Positions 30,347-39,667 of a stretch of 64,000 nucleotides of DNA are shown here, one piece after another (the stretch's first letter is position 1; each line of letters opens with the position of its first letter). The DNA lies in IMG/VR virus record IMGVR_UViG_3300002143_000235, positions 248,001 to 312,000 of that record. One strand, written 5' to 3'. A model generated the notes under the pieces. That model did not search any database. It was not told where the DNA came from and worked only from the letters and a program-made list of their open reading frames with translations. Made by a program: the position numbers and the translations under genes.

Positions 30347-32266
30347 TTATGATATTTTGTAATATCCTTGTTTTGTAATTCTAAAAACTATGGTTCCAGA
30401 ATTATATTTTGTTAAAAATTTCACATAATTTATTAAAGCTGAAATACTACCAGCAGTAGCGCCTGAAACTGGTCCTTGTGGTGGATATACATAATGTATA
30501 ACATCACCATTTTGGTATTCCGGCCAGGCATCAGGTGTTTCTGTTTGTGTAAATATTCTAAAAGCTTGACCAGCACTATCAGTAATACGAGCCTGTAAAA
30601 ATATATTTTTTAAATACTCAGCACCACTTACAATTTCAAATTCTAAAAATGGTGAAATTGTGTTGACACCAGAAATTGCAATTGATCCGAAATTAAAAGT
30701 TCCAAAATTAGTTACGCCTGTGTTACCTGTAAATGTACATAACATACCAGGATTCTTAGCTGTAAAAACAAATGTACCGCCTGTTAATCCTGTAGTAACA
30801 GTACCTGTGGCTACAGTACCTGTAGCTGGTGCTTGTGCTGCAATTGACCCTAATAATGTATAATTAGTAGAAACAATTGGTTTTTTACGCAACCAATTAT
30901 TAGAGATACGACTAAATGTATCAGCATTAATTCTAGCATTTCTTAATGTCCCTTTTACATTGGGGTGAACACTATTATCAGTAAATGGACAATGTGTGAA
31001 AGTTACAGTTGTATTTGTTCCTGATGCTGAAACTGTATAAGTACCAATGTCACCTGTTCCTGTTCCAAATGCTGTAATATAAAATGTTGATGCACCAATA
31101 AAAAAATAACTATTGATTTCTAATGGTACTACTGGTGATGACGTTACTGTAAGTGTTGTTCCACTGCGTGAACCTTGAACTGGGTATGTAATAGGTATTG
31201 ATAGATCTGTAGGCTCAGAATATGATATCAGATCACTGCAAAATATTGTGTCATTATTATCTAATGATAATATGTAATCACGTATTTCCGCATAATTTGT
31301 TTTAAGTGTTGGTGTGGAATATGATAATGATGGGTGGGGGGTATTCAATAATATTTTAACACCAACCCATCGTTCCTGAACCATATTAATCCACTTATCA
31401 ATTGAAATTATCATCTGTGGTACTGTTTGTCCAGCGACAATATCATTTTCAACAAGTGCATACCCAATCGCAATATCAGGATATGGATTGTAATTTGCTA
31501 ATCCAATTGGATTGAACCAATGTGTTTCTATATCACCAAGCATGGTAGCGAGAGTAGCTCCGCCTCTACCATAGATTCCAAATGCATCACAATATGTAGT
31601 TATAGTTGTTGGTGTGAACTCCATACATGAATCAGATATAGAATTTGCTATATGAATACCCTTTTGCATTCCTGATGATTGAGTAGATTGTGATAATACT
31701 GCAATAGAATTTCCAAATGCTACAGCTTTCATTAAATTCATTGAATCAGAAATCAAAACATATTTTGTTCCGTTCCATTTGTATGTTGTTCCCGTTTCTA
31801 AATTCAAGTACAGTCTATTAGACATACCAGTATCTGGAAAATCCGCAACACTTGAATAACCAATTGTTGTAAAGAATGTACCAACTACAGCAGGAGTAAT
31901 TGCTGATCTTGGATATTCATAACTCAAAAATGATATAAGATTACGTGGTTGATAGATATCAAGAAATGTTTCACTAACAGATGGAATTGCTGATAAATAA
32001 TATCTATCAGTCCAATCAGCAGTTGGGATGTATTGATCAAAATCTGCTGCATCAATTTCATCACGTGTATATACAGCAAGATGACCGTCACGATCCGTAT
32101 TCATAAATATGAAAAATTGTCTATAATCAAATGTTGGATCAGGTGTTGCTGGAAGTGCTGGTATAGATGATTCTTCTGGAAAAAATGTCTTGTATGCAAA
32201 TAATTGTTCAAGCATTTTACGATCGTGATCATTTTCTGGTACAATTTTAAATGTTCTGCTAGCCAT
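30347..32266 (-). CDS. SGNH-hydrolase-domain protein, probably virion/tail associated
   Basis: FGNSIA (block I), GRGGAT (II), ENDI (III), DNSVHP (V); Thr/Gly-rich beta regions. Confidence 0.65.
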   Translation of the reverse strand: MASRTFKIVPENDHDRKMLEQLFAYKTFFPEESSIPALPATPDPTFDYRQFFIFMNTDRDGHLAVYTRDEIDAADFDQYIPTADWTDRYYLSAIPSVSETFLDIYQPRNLISFLSYEYPRSAITPAVVGTFFTTIGYSSVADFPDTGMSNRLYLNLETGTTYKWNGTKYVLISDSMNLMKAVAFGNSIAVLSQSTQSSGMQKGIHIANSISDSCMEFTPTTITTYCDAFGIYGRGGATLATMLGDIETHWFNPIGLANYNPYPDIAIGYALVENDIVAGQTVPQMIISIDKWINMVQERWVGVKILLNTPHPSLSYSTPTLKTNYAEIRDYILSLDNNDTIFCSDLISYSEPTDLSIPITYPVQGSRSGTTLTVTSSPVVPLEINSYFFIGASTFYITAFGTGTGDIGTYTVSASGTNTTVTFTHCPFTDNSVHPNVKGTLRNARINADTFSRISNNWLRKKPIVSTNYTLLGSIAAQAPATGTVATGTVTTGLTGGTFVFTAKNPGMLCTFTGNTGVTNFGTFNFGSIAISGVNTISPFLEFEIVSGAEYLKNIFLQARITDSAGQAFRIFTQTETPDAWPEYQNGDVIHYVYPPQGPVSGATAGSISALINYVKFLTKYNSGTIVFRITKQGYYKIS

Positions 32267-32316
32267 GTATCAATGATTTTATTTTTATATATAGAATAAA
32301 GCTAGTTTTCACTTAC

Positions 32317-33057
32317 ATGATCACATCAATAAACGAATTTAAACAATACATCAACGAAACAATAGATGTAAAAGACTCAGCATTTGATAAATTTATTAGG
32401 ACTAATGCAGATAAATTAGTAAATAGAACATCTAAATATTTGCCACAAATAAATAAATTATTTGCTGGCTCTGGGTTTATGGTAATAATTGATGATAATA
32501 ATAGTAAATATAAGTATAAAATTATTAATGCAGCTGGTGAAACAGTATTATCTTCACGTATGTTTAGAGATTTAATGGAAAAAATTAGAGATCTTGCTCG
32601 TCCTTATGCAACATTAAAACAATCACATACTAAAGAAACACCTACAGTATTAAATAATAACGGAACAACAAAAGTATCTGTAACAAAAACACCAGTATTA
32701 AATACAGAAATTATGTCTCTTGAAGATCTTAGTAATAATTTAGAAAATAAAAGTTATAAGTCTGGTCGTTTTGACATTGATTTTGATATACAAAAAACTG
32801 GTGATAATATTAGATTATTAATTGCTGCACATGGTAAACGCGGTTATCCTAGAGAAGCATATTTAAAAGCACTTAGCACACCATTACCAACATTACCAAA
32901 TGGCTATGAATATGTCGATCGTAAACCAAAAGATTATACAGGTAATATTATGACTCCAACGTCAATAAAATCTGATGATGATAATTATGATGATCGTGGT
33001 TATATCGATTCAGAATTTTCTGGTGTAGTCTATTACAATGTACAAAAAACATCATAA
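32317..33057 (+). CDS. Putative internal head protein with capsid-targeting-like N-terminus
   Basis: Starts MITSINEFKQYINE; TATATATA at 32286. Confidence 0.55.
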   Translation: MITSINEFKQYINETIDVKDSAFDKFIRTNADKLVNRTSKYLPQINKLFAGSGFMVIIDDNNSKYKYKIINAAGETVLSSRMFRDLMEKIRDLARPYATLKQSHTKETPTVLNNNGTTKVSVTKTPVLNTEIMSLEDLSNNLENKSYKSGRFDIDFDIQKTGDNIRLLIAAHGKRGYPREAYLKALSTPLPTLPNGYEYVDRKPKDYTGNIMTPTSIKSDDDNYDDRGYIDSEFSGVVYYNVQKTS

Positions 33058-33104
33058 AGTTTTTTATATCAAATAAAAATATTACATTTGAAAAAATTAA
33101 AAAA

Positions 33105-33461
33105 ATGATATTTATTATAATCGCAATATTTTTAATAATAATATTTACATGTACTATTAACATATACAAAAAAATCAAAATAGTTGATGATAAAATGTGG
33201 AGTTATATTGCTACTCCATGTGAAACAATATTCAATGTAACTAATTTTAATAATTGGTTTTGTGATCCAAACAATAATGCTGTTTATGCACATAGTGGTA
33301 TTTATGGTCGCTGTGATAAATTAAGTATTGCGCATATTGAAGATTATATGCTTAAATGTTATGGAATAAATGATAAGGATAAAACTTTATGTCATGGTCA
33401 TTCAAAACAACAACTGATTGATGATTTTTATCAAGATATTAGAAAAGATTGGTTAAAATAA
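33105..33461 (+). CDS. Membrane-anchored hypothetical protein
   Basis: N-terminal hydrophobic helix. Confidence 0.55.
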   Translation: MIFIIIAIFLIIIFTCTINIYKKIKIVDDKMWSYIATPCETIFNVTNFNNWFCDPNNNAVYAHSGIYGRCDKLSIAHIEDYMLKCYGINDKDKTLCHGHSKQQLIDDFYQDIRKDWLK

Positions 33462-33492
33462 AAAAATATTTTTTTATTTGAAAAAATAGTTG

Positions 33493-33500
33493 TACATTTG
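33493..33500 (+). promoter_or_regulatory. TAnnTTTG promoter of the leader-tRNA operon
   Basis: TACATTTG 37 nt upstream of the leader ATG. Confidence 0.65.
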
Positions 33501-33537
33501 TCAAACAAAAGAAGAATTAAAACATATATAACGTATA

Positions 33538-33627
33538 ATGAAAACAATTACAAACATATCATCAAGCTCACGCAGCCGACGCTCGTCATCAAGACGTAGT
33601 GGATATGTATTGTCTGAGGTTTTCTAA
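33538..33627 (+). CDS. Ser/Arg-rich leader peptide MKTITNISSSSRSRRSSSRRSGYVLSEVF
   Basis: 29 codons with 14 consecutive Ser/Arg codons (33559-33600); not in the ORF track. Confidence 0.85.
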   Translation: MKTITNISSSSRSRRSSSRRSGYVLSEVF

Positions 33628-33692
33628 CATTATAGAAAAATATTATCTCTTAGGAGATGTTAAAGCCTCAGATATTATCTGAGGCTTTTTTT
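33611..33692 (+). promoter_or_regulatory. Attenuator: antiterminator (33611-33630 with 33657-33674) versus terminator (33662-33692)
   Basis: TGTCTGAGGTTTTCTAACAT can pair with ATGTTAAAGCCTCAGATA, excluding hairpin AAAGCCTCAGAT/ATCTGAGGCTTT plus T7. Confidence 0.85.
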
Positions 33693-33707
33693 ATTTAATA
33701 AAATTAT

Positions 33708-33797
33708 GGAAGATGAATCAGTCCGGCGACTGACCCTGTCTTGAAAACAGTGGGTTCCTCAGAGATGGGGGATTGGGATCGACACCTACTTCTTCCT
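33708..33797 (+). tRNA. tRNA-Ser(TGA)
   Basis: Acceptor GGAAGA/TCTTCC, anticodon loop CTTGAAA, long variable arm, atypical T loop ATCGACA. Confidence 0.85.
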
Positions 33798-33829
33798 CAT
33801 TGACTTTTTAGTGAAACAAATATAAAAAT

Positions 33830-33914
33830 AGAGAGTAAACTTGAATGGCTCAAGGCTCGCCTGCTAAGCGATGCGTACCCGAAAGGGTATTTGGTTCGAC
33901 TCCAATTCTCTCTA
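33830..33914 (+). tRNA. tRNA-Ser(GCT)
   Basis: Acceptor AGAGAG/CTCTCT, loop CTGCTAA, long variable arm TACCC-GAAA-GGGTA, T loop TTCGACT. Confidence 0.9.
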
Positions 33915-33920
33915 CTTAAT

Positions 33921-33991
33921 GCCTGCTTAGTGTAATGGAAGCACATGTGGATTCTACCCACAGAGTGAGGGTTCAAGTCCTTCAGCGGGTA
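33921..33991 (+). tRNA. tRNA-Arg(TCT)
   Basis: Cloverleaf; anticodon arm TGTGG-ATTCTAC-CCACA; T loop TTCAAGT. Confidence 0.88.
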
Positions 33992-33998
33992 CTAAAAT

Positions 33999-34073
33999 GC
34001 GCTTGTAGTTTAATTGGAAAAATACTCGGCTACGAACCGAGAGACGTGACGGGTTCGACTCCCTCCAGGCGTA
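33999..34073 (+). tRNA. tRNA-Arg(ACG)
   Basis: Anticodon arm CTCGG-CTACGAA-CCGAG; T loop TTCGACT. Confidence 0.9.
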
Positions 34074-34078
34074 CTTAA

Positions 34079-34150
34079 GTTTCTGTAGTTCAACGGATAG
34101 AATGACCGGTTTCGGCCCGGTTGATGTGGGTTCAAATCCCGCCAGGAACT
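34079..34150 (+). tRNA. tRNA-Arg(TCG)
   Basis: Anticodon arm ACCGG-TTTCGGC-CCGGT; T loop TTCAAAT. Confidence 0.9.
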
Positions 34151-34152
34151 CT

Positions 34153-34698
34153 TTAAATAGTTGTATTCGATTCAGACTGGTCGTTGAGTTCTTGATTCAA
34201 ATTATAATCCTTGATCTCATCGACCTTTGCCGGTCTTAAGTCTGTACCTTCTGTATTCACATTAGCAGCGACAATCGTATCAGTTGCTGGTTGTGTGGTT
34301 CCTGTATTAACATTCTCAGTTGGATCCAATTCATTAGTCTGACGAGGTTCAGAGAAGTTCACATTACCAATATCAGAAGGAACTGTGTATGTGTAAACAT
34401 CCATCGGTACGTAATCAAGTGTTACAGGTTTTTCAATAGCTGCTGGTGCATTATTAACTTTCTTTAATGATTGTGCAGTAACTATTGGTTTATTATCTGT
34501 TTTATCATAAACATTACCACCAAGTAATGGTTTAACTACTGGTGTAATATTATTTATATTTCCAAGATGCTTATTATTTTCATTTGGTGTTGTAGGACCA
34601 TTAATATTTCCCAACGGCTTATTAAACGTTGAAAGATTTACTAACTGTAAATCTTCTTTGTATACATTTGTTACTGATTTTACCTGTCGCTTAGCCAT
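34153..34698 (-). CDS. Hypothetical protein (low complexity, possibly late)
   Basis: Coupled to the upstream minus-strand gene. Confidence 0.6.
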   Translation of the reverse strand: MAKRQVKSVTNVYKEDLQLVNLSTFNKPLGNINGPTTPNENNKHLGNINNITPVVKPLLGGNVYDKTDNKPIVTAQSLKKVNNAPAAIEKPVTLDYVPMDVYTYTVPSDIGNVNFSEPRQTNELDPTENVNTGTTQPATDTIVAANVNTEGTDLRPAKVDEIKDYNLNQELNDQSESNTTI

Positions 34699-35552
34699 TA
34701 TACAATCTCTTCATTATTTTCAATATCACCTAATACCATGAGTTGATTTTGAAACCATTCAGAACATTCAGATGTAATTCGTGTTTTATTTAACGTATAG
34801 AAGTCTTTGATGTAACGTTTGATAATCTCACCTGAAACATTCAAACATTTTTTACGTTGACCATTCATTGAATCGATCATGATTATATCTGTTTCATTAT
34901 CAGTAGGATAATCAAGCATAGCAAAGAAATTGTTTTTGAATTCTAAATCGTTAACTGTATCATCATCAGTAAGAGCTTCTGAAACTTTTGATTTAGAAAG
35001 ATCTAAGATAGGATTTTTTACAATTGGTGTTCCTTTGTGTGTTTTTATTTTCTTACGTTGTTTAATGCGTTCTTTAGGCAGAATTTCAAGTCCAATTGCA
35101 TTAGCTGGAAGTTTCTTTTGTACTTTCATTTTTGTAGCTGGTTTATCACCAGAACCAAATGATCCCATCATTCCTGGAGTTGAATTGATACCAGGCATAA
35201 CAACCGCACCCATTCCTGCAGTATTAGCTGGTCCTGCAAGTGATGCATCTTCAAAAATTGTGGTAACGTCTTGCTCTTTAGCAATACGATCAACAAGTGA
35301 ACCGATTGCATTTCTGAGGGTACGCTCATCAATTTTACATTTTTTTACAAATGAATGTGGTGTAATATCTTTAATAAGGTTTTTTTCAATAGCAATAGTT
35401 CTATAGATATACTGCTCAACTTTTGGATTCTCTTTATAACGAACACGTACAACGATAATACTATCTTGTACTTCAGTCACATCAAAATACCATTTATTAT
35501 TGAGAAAAAGTTGATCACCGGGAACCAATACGTTTGTTTCAGTTGAATTCAT
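34698..35552 (-). CDS. Hypothetical protein (possibly late/head associated)
   Basis: 284-aa ORF; TATATA just upstream. Confidence 0.65.
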   Translation of the reverse strand: MNSTETNVLVPGDQLFLNNKWYFDVTEVQDSIIVVRVRYKENPKVEQYIYRTIAIEKNLIKDITPHSFVKKCKIDERTLRNAIGSLVDRIAKEQDVTTIFEDASLAGPANTAGMGAVVMPGINSTPGMMGSFGSGDKPATKMKVQKKLPANAIGLEILPKERIKQRKKIKTHKGTPIVKNPILDLSKSKVSEALTDDDTVNDLEFKNNFFAMLDYPTDNETDIIMIDSMNGQRKKCLNVSGEIIKRYIKDFYTLNKTRITSECSEWFQNQLMVLGDIENNEEIV

Positions 35553-35796
35553 GAATTATATATTAAAAATACAAAATATTGCAACCAACGTAACAGTATT
35601 ATCACTATATTTGTATTCTAAATAAATGTCATGGATACACTTCTGTATAAAATGTTAGTCGACGAGCTTGCCTACTATAATGGTTTAAATCTTAAATGGG
35701 AACCAAATGAGTATATAAAAAAGGTAACAACTAAAATTGATTACTTAGAAGATTTAATTGCAAAAGCTGATACTATCATTAAAAAACAAGAAACAA

Positions 35797-36204
35797 ATGC
35801 TTAAAATATGTCATATCCTTCGAGCTGTGCCCGGAGCTGGAAAGTCTACACTTGCCGAATCACTTACAGACAATAATCGTTCATCAACAATTTGTTGTGC
35901 TGATGATTACTTTATGCATGGTGACGAATACCGTTTTGATCCGGAAAAAATTGGAGCAGCACATCAATGGTGTCAGAAGATGTTTGATGACGCTACAACT
36001 GAAGGTGTTGAAATTGTAGTAGTAGCAAATACTAATACACATGAACGTGATGTGAATCACTACCGCAATCTTGCAATAGAACGTGGATATATGGTTTTTG
36101 TAACTATCGTTGAAAATTGGCACAATGGTAATGATGTTCATAATGTTCCATCTGAAGTAAAAGACAAAATGCGAAATGCTATTAAACAAAATATAAAACT
36201 TTAA
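35797..36204 (+). CDS. P-loop kinase (AAA_33 / polynucleotide-kinase-like)
   Basis: ILRAVPGAGKST, CADDYF, AHQWCQ, ANTN, HNVP. Confidence 0.8.
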   Translation: MLKICHILRAVPGAGKSTLAESLTDNNRSSTICCADDYFMHGDEYRFDPEKIGAAHQWCQKMFDDATTEGVEIVVVANTNTHERDVNHYRNLAIERGYMVFVTIVENWHNGNDVHNVPSEVKDKMRNAIKQNIKL

Positions 36205-36205
36205 T

Positions 36206-36523
36206 ATGAATAAAATTCAATACATTAAGCTTCTTGAATTAAGAGGTGTTACAGTACTTAATGGTACAACTCTTGCTGACGCAGTAAAAAAAACAGGTGG
36301 TGATCCTACTATAGCCGAAATGGTTGAAGTGAATAAATTATCAATGTTTTATTTTATGGAACAATATAATGAGCAAAAAGCATTAAATGAACAATTGAAT
36401 ACAGAAAACATTAAATTACAGGAAAGATCTGATTGGTTATCATGTCTTGAAGCAGCTGGGGTTGATAACTGGGAAGGATATGACATTGCATACGATATGC
36501 AAGATGAACTCTTTCCAAAATAA
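36206..36523 (+). CDS. Conserved hypothetical phage protein
   Basis: C-terminal WLSCLEAAGVDNWEGY motif common in phages. Confidence 0.65.
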   Translation: MNKIQYIKLLELRGVTVLNGTTLADAVKKTGGDPTIAEMVEVNKLSMFYFMEQYNEQKALNEQLNTENIKLQERSDWLSCLEAAGVDNWEGYDIAYDMQDELFPK

Positions 36524-37310
36524 AAATAAAATGATTAATAGAGGGACATTAGGTAGTGAGAATCGGTATCCAGTTCTTAGCTATATTTATGATAATTACG
36601 AAAACTGCACACCAAGTATTCAGAAACGAATTTTGAAGTTTGGCAAACTTGTTAACACATCTATTTGTGATCTGAACAATGTATCAGATAAATCATTTCG
36701 GATGCGTGTGATACAATTGTGTAAGAAAGAAGTGATTCAAATTGCACACGAATTATTTACATCTGATGAGAAAGAGATGTGTAATCGTTTATTAAATTTT
36801 ACACATGCACGATTTGCAAACATCATGCATGACACACGGGTATCACATACAATAGATATTAATAGATTCAAAGCTGAGCAACGCAGAATTTCATTAGAGC
36901 AAAATAAAAAAGAGAATATATAACATATGTTATTAAAAGTACGTGTTAAAGATAAGAAAGTTAAACAGCTTCAAATTAATCTGAAGCGTCTTCTCTTACA
37001 TAATAATACCATTTATATTATTCATAGTTTTCGTTCTGAAACTGAAATCAAACAACGTAATTTTCTTGGTATCAAAAGTGAAATAAGTAAAACATACATT
37101 AGAGAAATTGATTTACGTATTTATAACCGTGCTAAAGATGAATACCAATCAATTGAGGATATTCCGATTATAATTGATTTCATACATGCAAACATTTTAG
37201 TGATGCGTTATAATTTCTTAAATTATATCAAATATCCATTAATGTGTCTTGGTGTTAATTTTTTGAAAGATTGATTTCTTTTTCTCGTTTTTTCTAGTTA
37301 TATTTGTAAT

Positions 37311-37937
37311 ATGAAAAATTATATTATCTATTATTTGTATACACTAAAGTATACATTCACAATCCTTTTCAACTACCTCTTTGCAAAAGACGATTATCAA
37401 CAAAGCTTACACAGTGCAGAATGGTTTGCTTTTAAAGAACATTTTAAAGCACGTCAACGTTACGATAAAAAATATCCATATTATTATCATCTTTGTATGG
37501 TATGTGATAATGTAAAGCGTTTTGGTAAAAATCTGAATCGTGAGGAATTTAGAATTGTCTACATCACAGCATTATTACACGATTTCATCGAGGATCTTAC
37601 ATTTACATATAACGATATTAAAGATTTGTTTGGTATTGAAATAGCTGATGCTGTATTTGCATGTACTGAACTTCGTGGAAAGAATCGTAGAGAACGTCAC
37701 GGCCCATTATATTACAAGGGTTTAGGTGAAAATCGACATGGTGGTTTTGTTAAATTATGTGATGTTCATGCAAATATGACAATGGGTAAACGAACTGGAT
37801 CACGTATGCTTGATATGTATCAAAAAGACTATCCATTCTTCAAGAAAAAACTTACAATGTATACTACAGAATTTAAAGATGTTTTTCAATCTATTGAATT
37901 TGAATTGATGCCAGCATCAACTCGTGGTACTTATTAA
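37311..37937 (+). CDS. HD-domain hydrolase, Mesh1/SpoT-like (small alarmone hydrolase type)
   Basis: PYYYHL..V, ALLHDFIED, FG.EIADAV...T, VKLCD..AN. Confidence 0.8.
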   Translation: MKNYIIYYLYTLKYTFTILFNYLFAKDDYQQSLHSAEWFAFKEHFKARQRYDKKYPYYYHLCMVCDNVKRFGKNLNREEFRIVYITALLHDFIEDLTFTYNDIKDLFGIEIADAVFACTELRGKNRRERHGPLYYKGLGENRHGGFVKLCDVHANMTMGKRTGSRMLDMYQKDYPFFKKKLTMYTTEFKDVFQSIEFELMPASTRGTY

Positions 37938-37954
37938 CAATTAAACACAAATAT

Positions 37955-38818
37955 ATGACTAAAGCGATCCAAACAAAGATCAATGAACAAAAATTAGACG
38001 ATGCTAAAACATTTTTAACTCGTGTTTATCGTGCCACTCATGAAGGATATACAACAATTGGTTTATCTGATTTAAGTGCAAAATTTAGCCTTGATCGTAC
38101 ATTTACATCAAGAGCAATGGTTAATCTAAAAATTCTTGATGTTCAAGGTAAACTTCGTAGTACAAAATACCTGTGGACTAGTAGTGATATGCCAAATTTA
38201 AAAATGGCTGGTGACTTAATCCGTGAAATTACACGTTTAAGTATCAATTATCAAAACAAAGTAAATGAAGACAAGAAAGCTAAACAACTTATTGCTGATC
38301 GTTTGATTGAAAAATCAAAAGAAAAACGTAATCAAGTTGTTGTGCAACCTAAAACTACACGTAGTTCTATTTATGATAAGTATATTGATGTTTGTACGGC
38401 TTTTATCAATAAATATAAAAAAACACCATTTGAAATATCAATGTCACAAGCTTTGATTGATTACAGTTTACCTCCATATTTTGGTGCAGTTTTAAATCAA
38501 AATGCTTTCATTGAAAACAAAAAAATTGTATCAAGTGTGACAGTTGACAATTTTTTATATTTAGCTACTAAATACAATTCTAATTTAGCTACTAAACGTA
38601 CGTTGAAAACAACAGTAAATACAGATGAACCAAAAACAGAATTTGAAAAAGTTATTGAAAATACTTCTTCAATTGTAACTGGTGTATCTATTCAATCATT
38701 AATTAATCGTCGTAATGAACTTTACGATACCATCAACAGTGCAACGACTGAGATTGAAAAAGTTGAAAAAGTTATTACAGCATACGAGGTTATTGAACAA
38801 TACACAAAGAAAATCTAA
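37955..38818 (+). CDS. Hypothetical basic protein
   Basis: 287-aa ORF. Confidence 0.65.
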   Translation: MTKAIQTKINEQKLDDAKTFLTRVYRATHEGYTTIGLSDLSAKFSLDRTFTSRAMVNLKILDVQGKLRSTKYLWTSSDMPNLKMAGDLIREITRLSINYQNKVNEDKKAKQLIADRLIEKSKEKRNQVVVQPKTTRSSIYDKYIDVCTAFINKYKKTPFEISMSQALIDYSLPPYFGAVLNQNAFIENKKIVSSVTVDNFLYLATKYNSNLATKRTLKTTVNTDEPKTEFEKVIENTSSIVTGVSIQSLINRRNELYDTINSATTEIEKVEKVITAYEVIEQYTKKI

Positions 38819-39660
38819 TGTATATTGTTGGAATAACGGGATTAATGGGTTCTGGAAAATCTTTTATTTCTCAACATTTAGAAAGCATGGGTGACTGTGC
38901 TTTCTTCAATTCAGATAAGATTGCAAAAGATATTCACAAGAATGAAATGCGTGAATTATTGATTGAAAGACATGGACCACAGTATTTCAAAGAAGACGGT
39001 GAGATTGATGTAGAATACACTCGCCCACTTTACTTTTCTGGTTCCGATCTTGCAAAGGAGAATCTTGTATGGCACAAGGAAGTTATAAGTAAAATATTTG
39101 ATGCTCGTTTAATAAAATTTGCAAAAGAGACAGACAAATCATATGTGCTTCTTGAGTCTGCATTACTTTTTGAATACAATCTTATTACTTATTGTGATGA
39201 AGTAATATATGTGGAGAATGAAGATGCCAAATTAAATGCAATAAATAGAGACGGAATATCTGAAGTTGAGTACAATAAACGAATGAGTACACAAATACCG
39301 CTTGAACAGAAGCAACGTGAGATTGATTACATCATCACTAATAGGACTTATGATGAACGTGTATTTGATTGTGTCGGTTGGGTAAATGAACAAATCGTTC
39401 GTCATGCAACAGTTGATCAAGCAAGTTTCAAGGTGAAGAAGTTCGCAAGAATGATGGTTCGTGAGCTGTATGCAAATGAACATAAAGGAGACTGGCAAAA
39501 TTTTACAGATACCAACAATATCTTCATGGAAATTGATTGGCATCAACAAAAATTGAATGGCGCATTGGATATGGAAGATGTATCATGTATTAAAGAATAC
39601 GCTGCAGATTGCGCAAATAATTACATGTTCCTGCTTAATGCATTGGGACACTTAAACTAA
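38818..39660 (+). CDS. coaE: Dephospho-CoA kinase with C-terminal MazG-like helical extension
   Basis: VGITGLMGSGKS, NSDKIAK, ESALLFE...CDEVIYV, RMSTQIP; tail NEHKGDW...EYAADCANNYMFL. Confidence 0.8.
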   Translation: MYIVGITGLMGSGKSFISQHLESMGDCAFFNSDKIAKDIHKNEMRELLIERHGPQYFKEDGEIDVEYTRPLYFSGSDLAKENLVWHKEVISKIFDARLIKFAKETDKSYVLLESALLFEYNLITYCDEVIYVENEDAKLNAINRDGISEVEYNKRMSTQIPLEQKQREIDYIITNRTYDERVFDCVGWVNEQIVRHATVDQASFKVKKFARMMVRELYANEHKGDWQNFTDTNNIFMEIDWHQQKLNGALDMEDVSCIKEYAADCANNYMFLLNALGHLN

Positions 39661-39667
39661 TAAAATC

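Noticed and set aside
34930-35546. Plus-strand ORFs 34930..35406 and 35355..35546 (and similar short antisense or alternative-frame ORFs elsewhere in the track)
   Set aside because: Fully overlap longer, better-supported genes; shadow ORFs.
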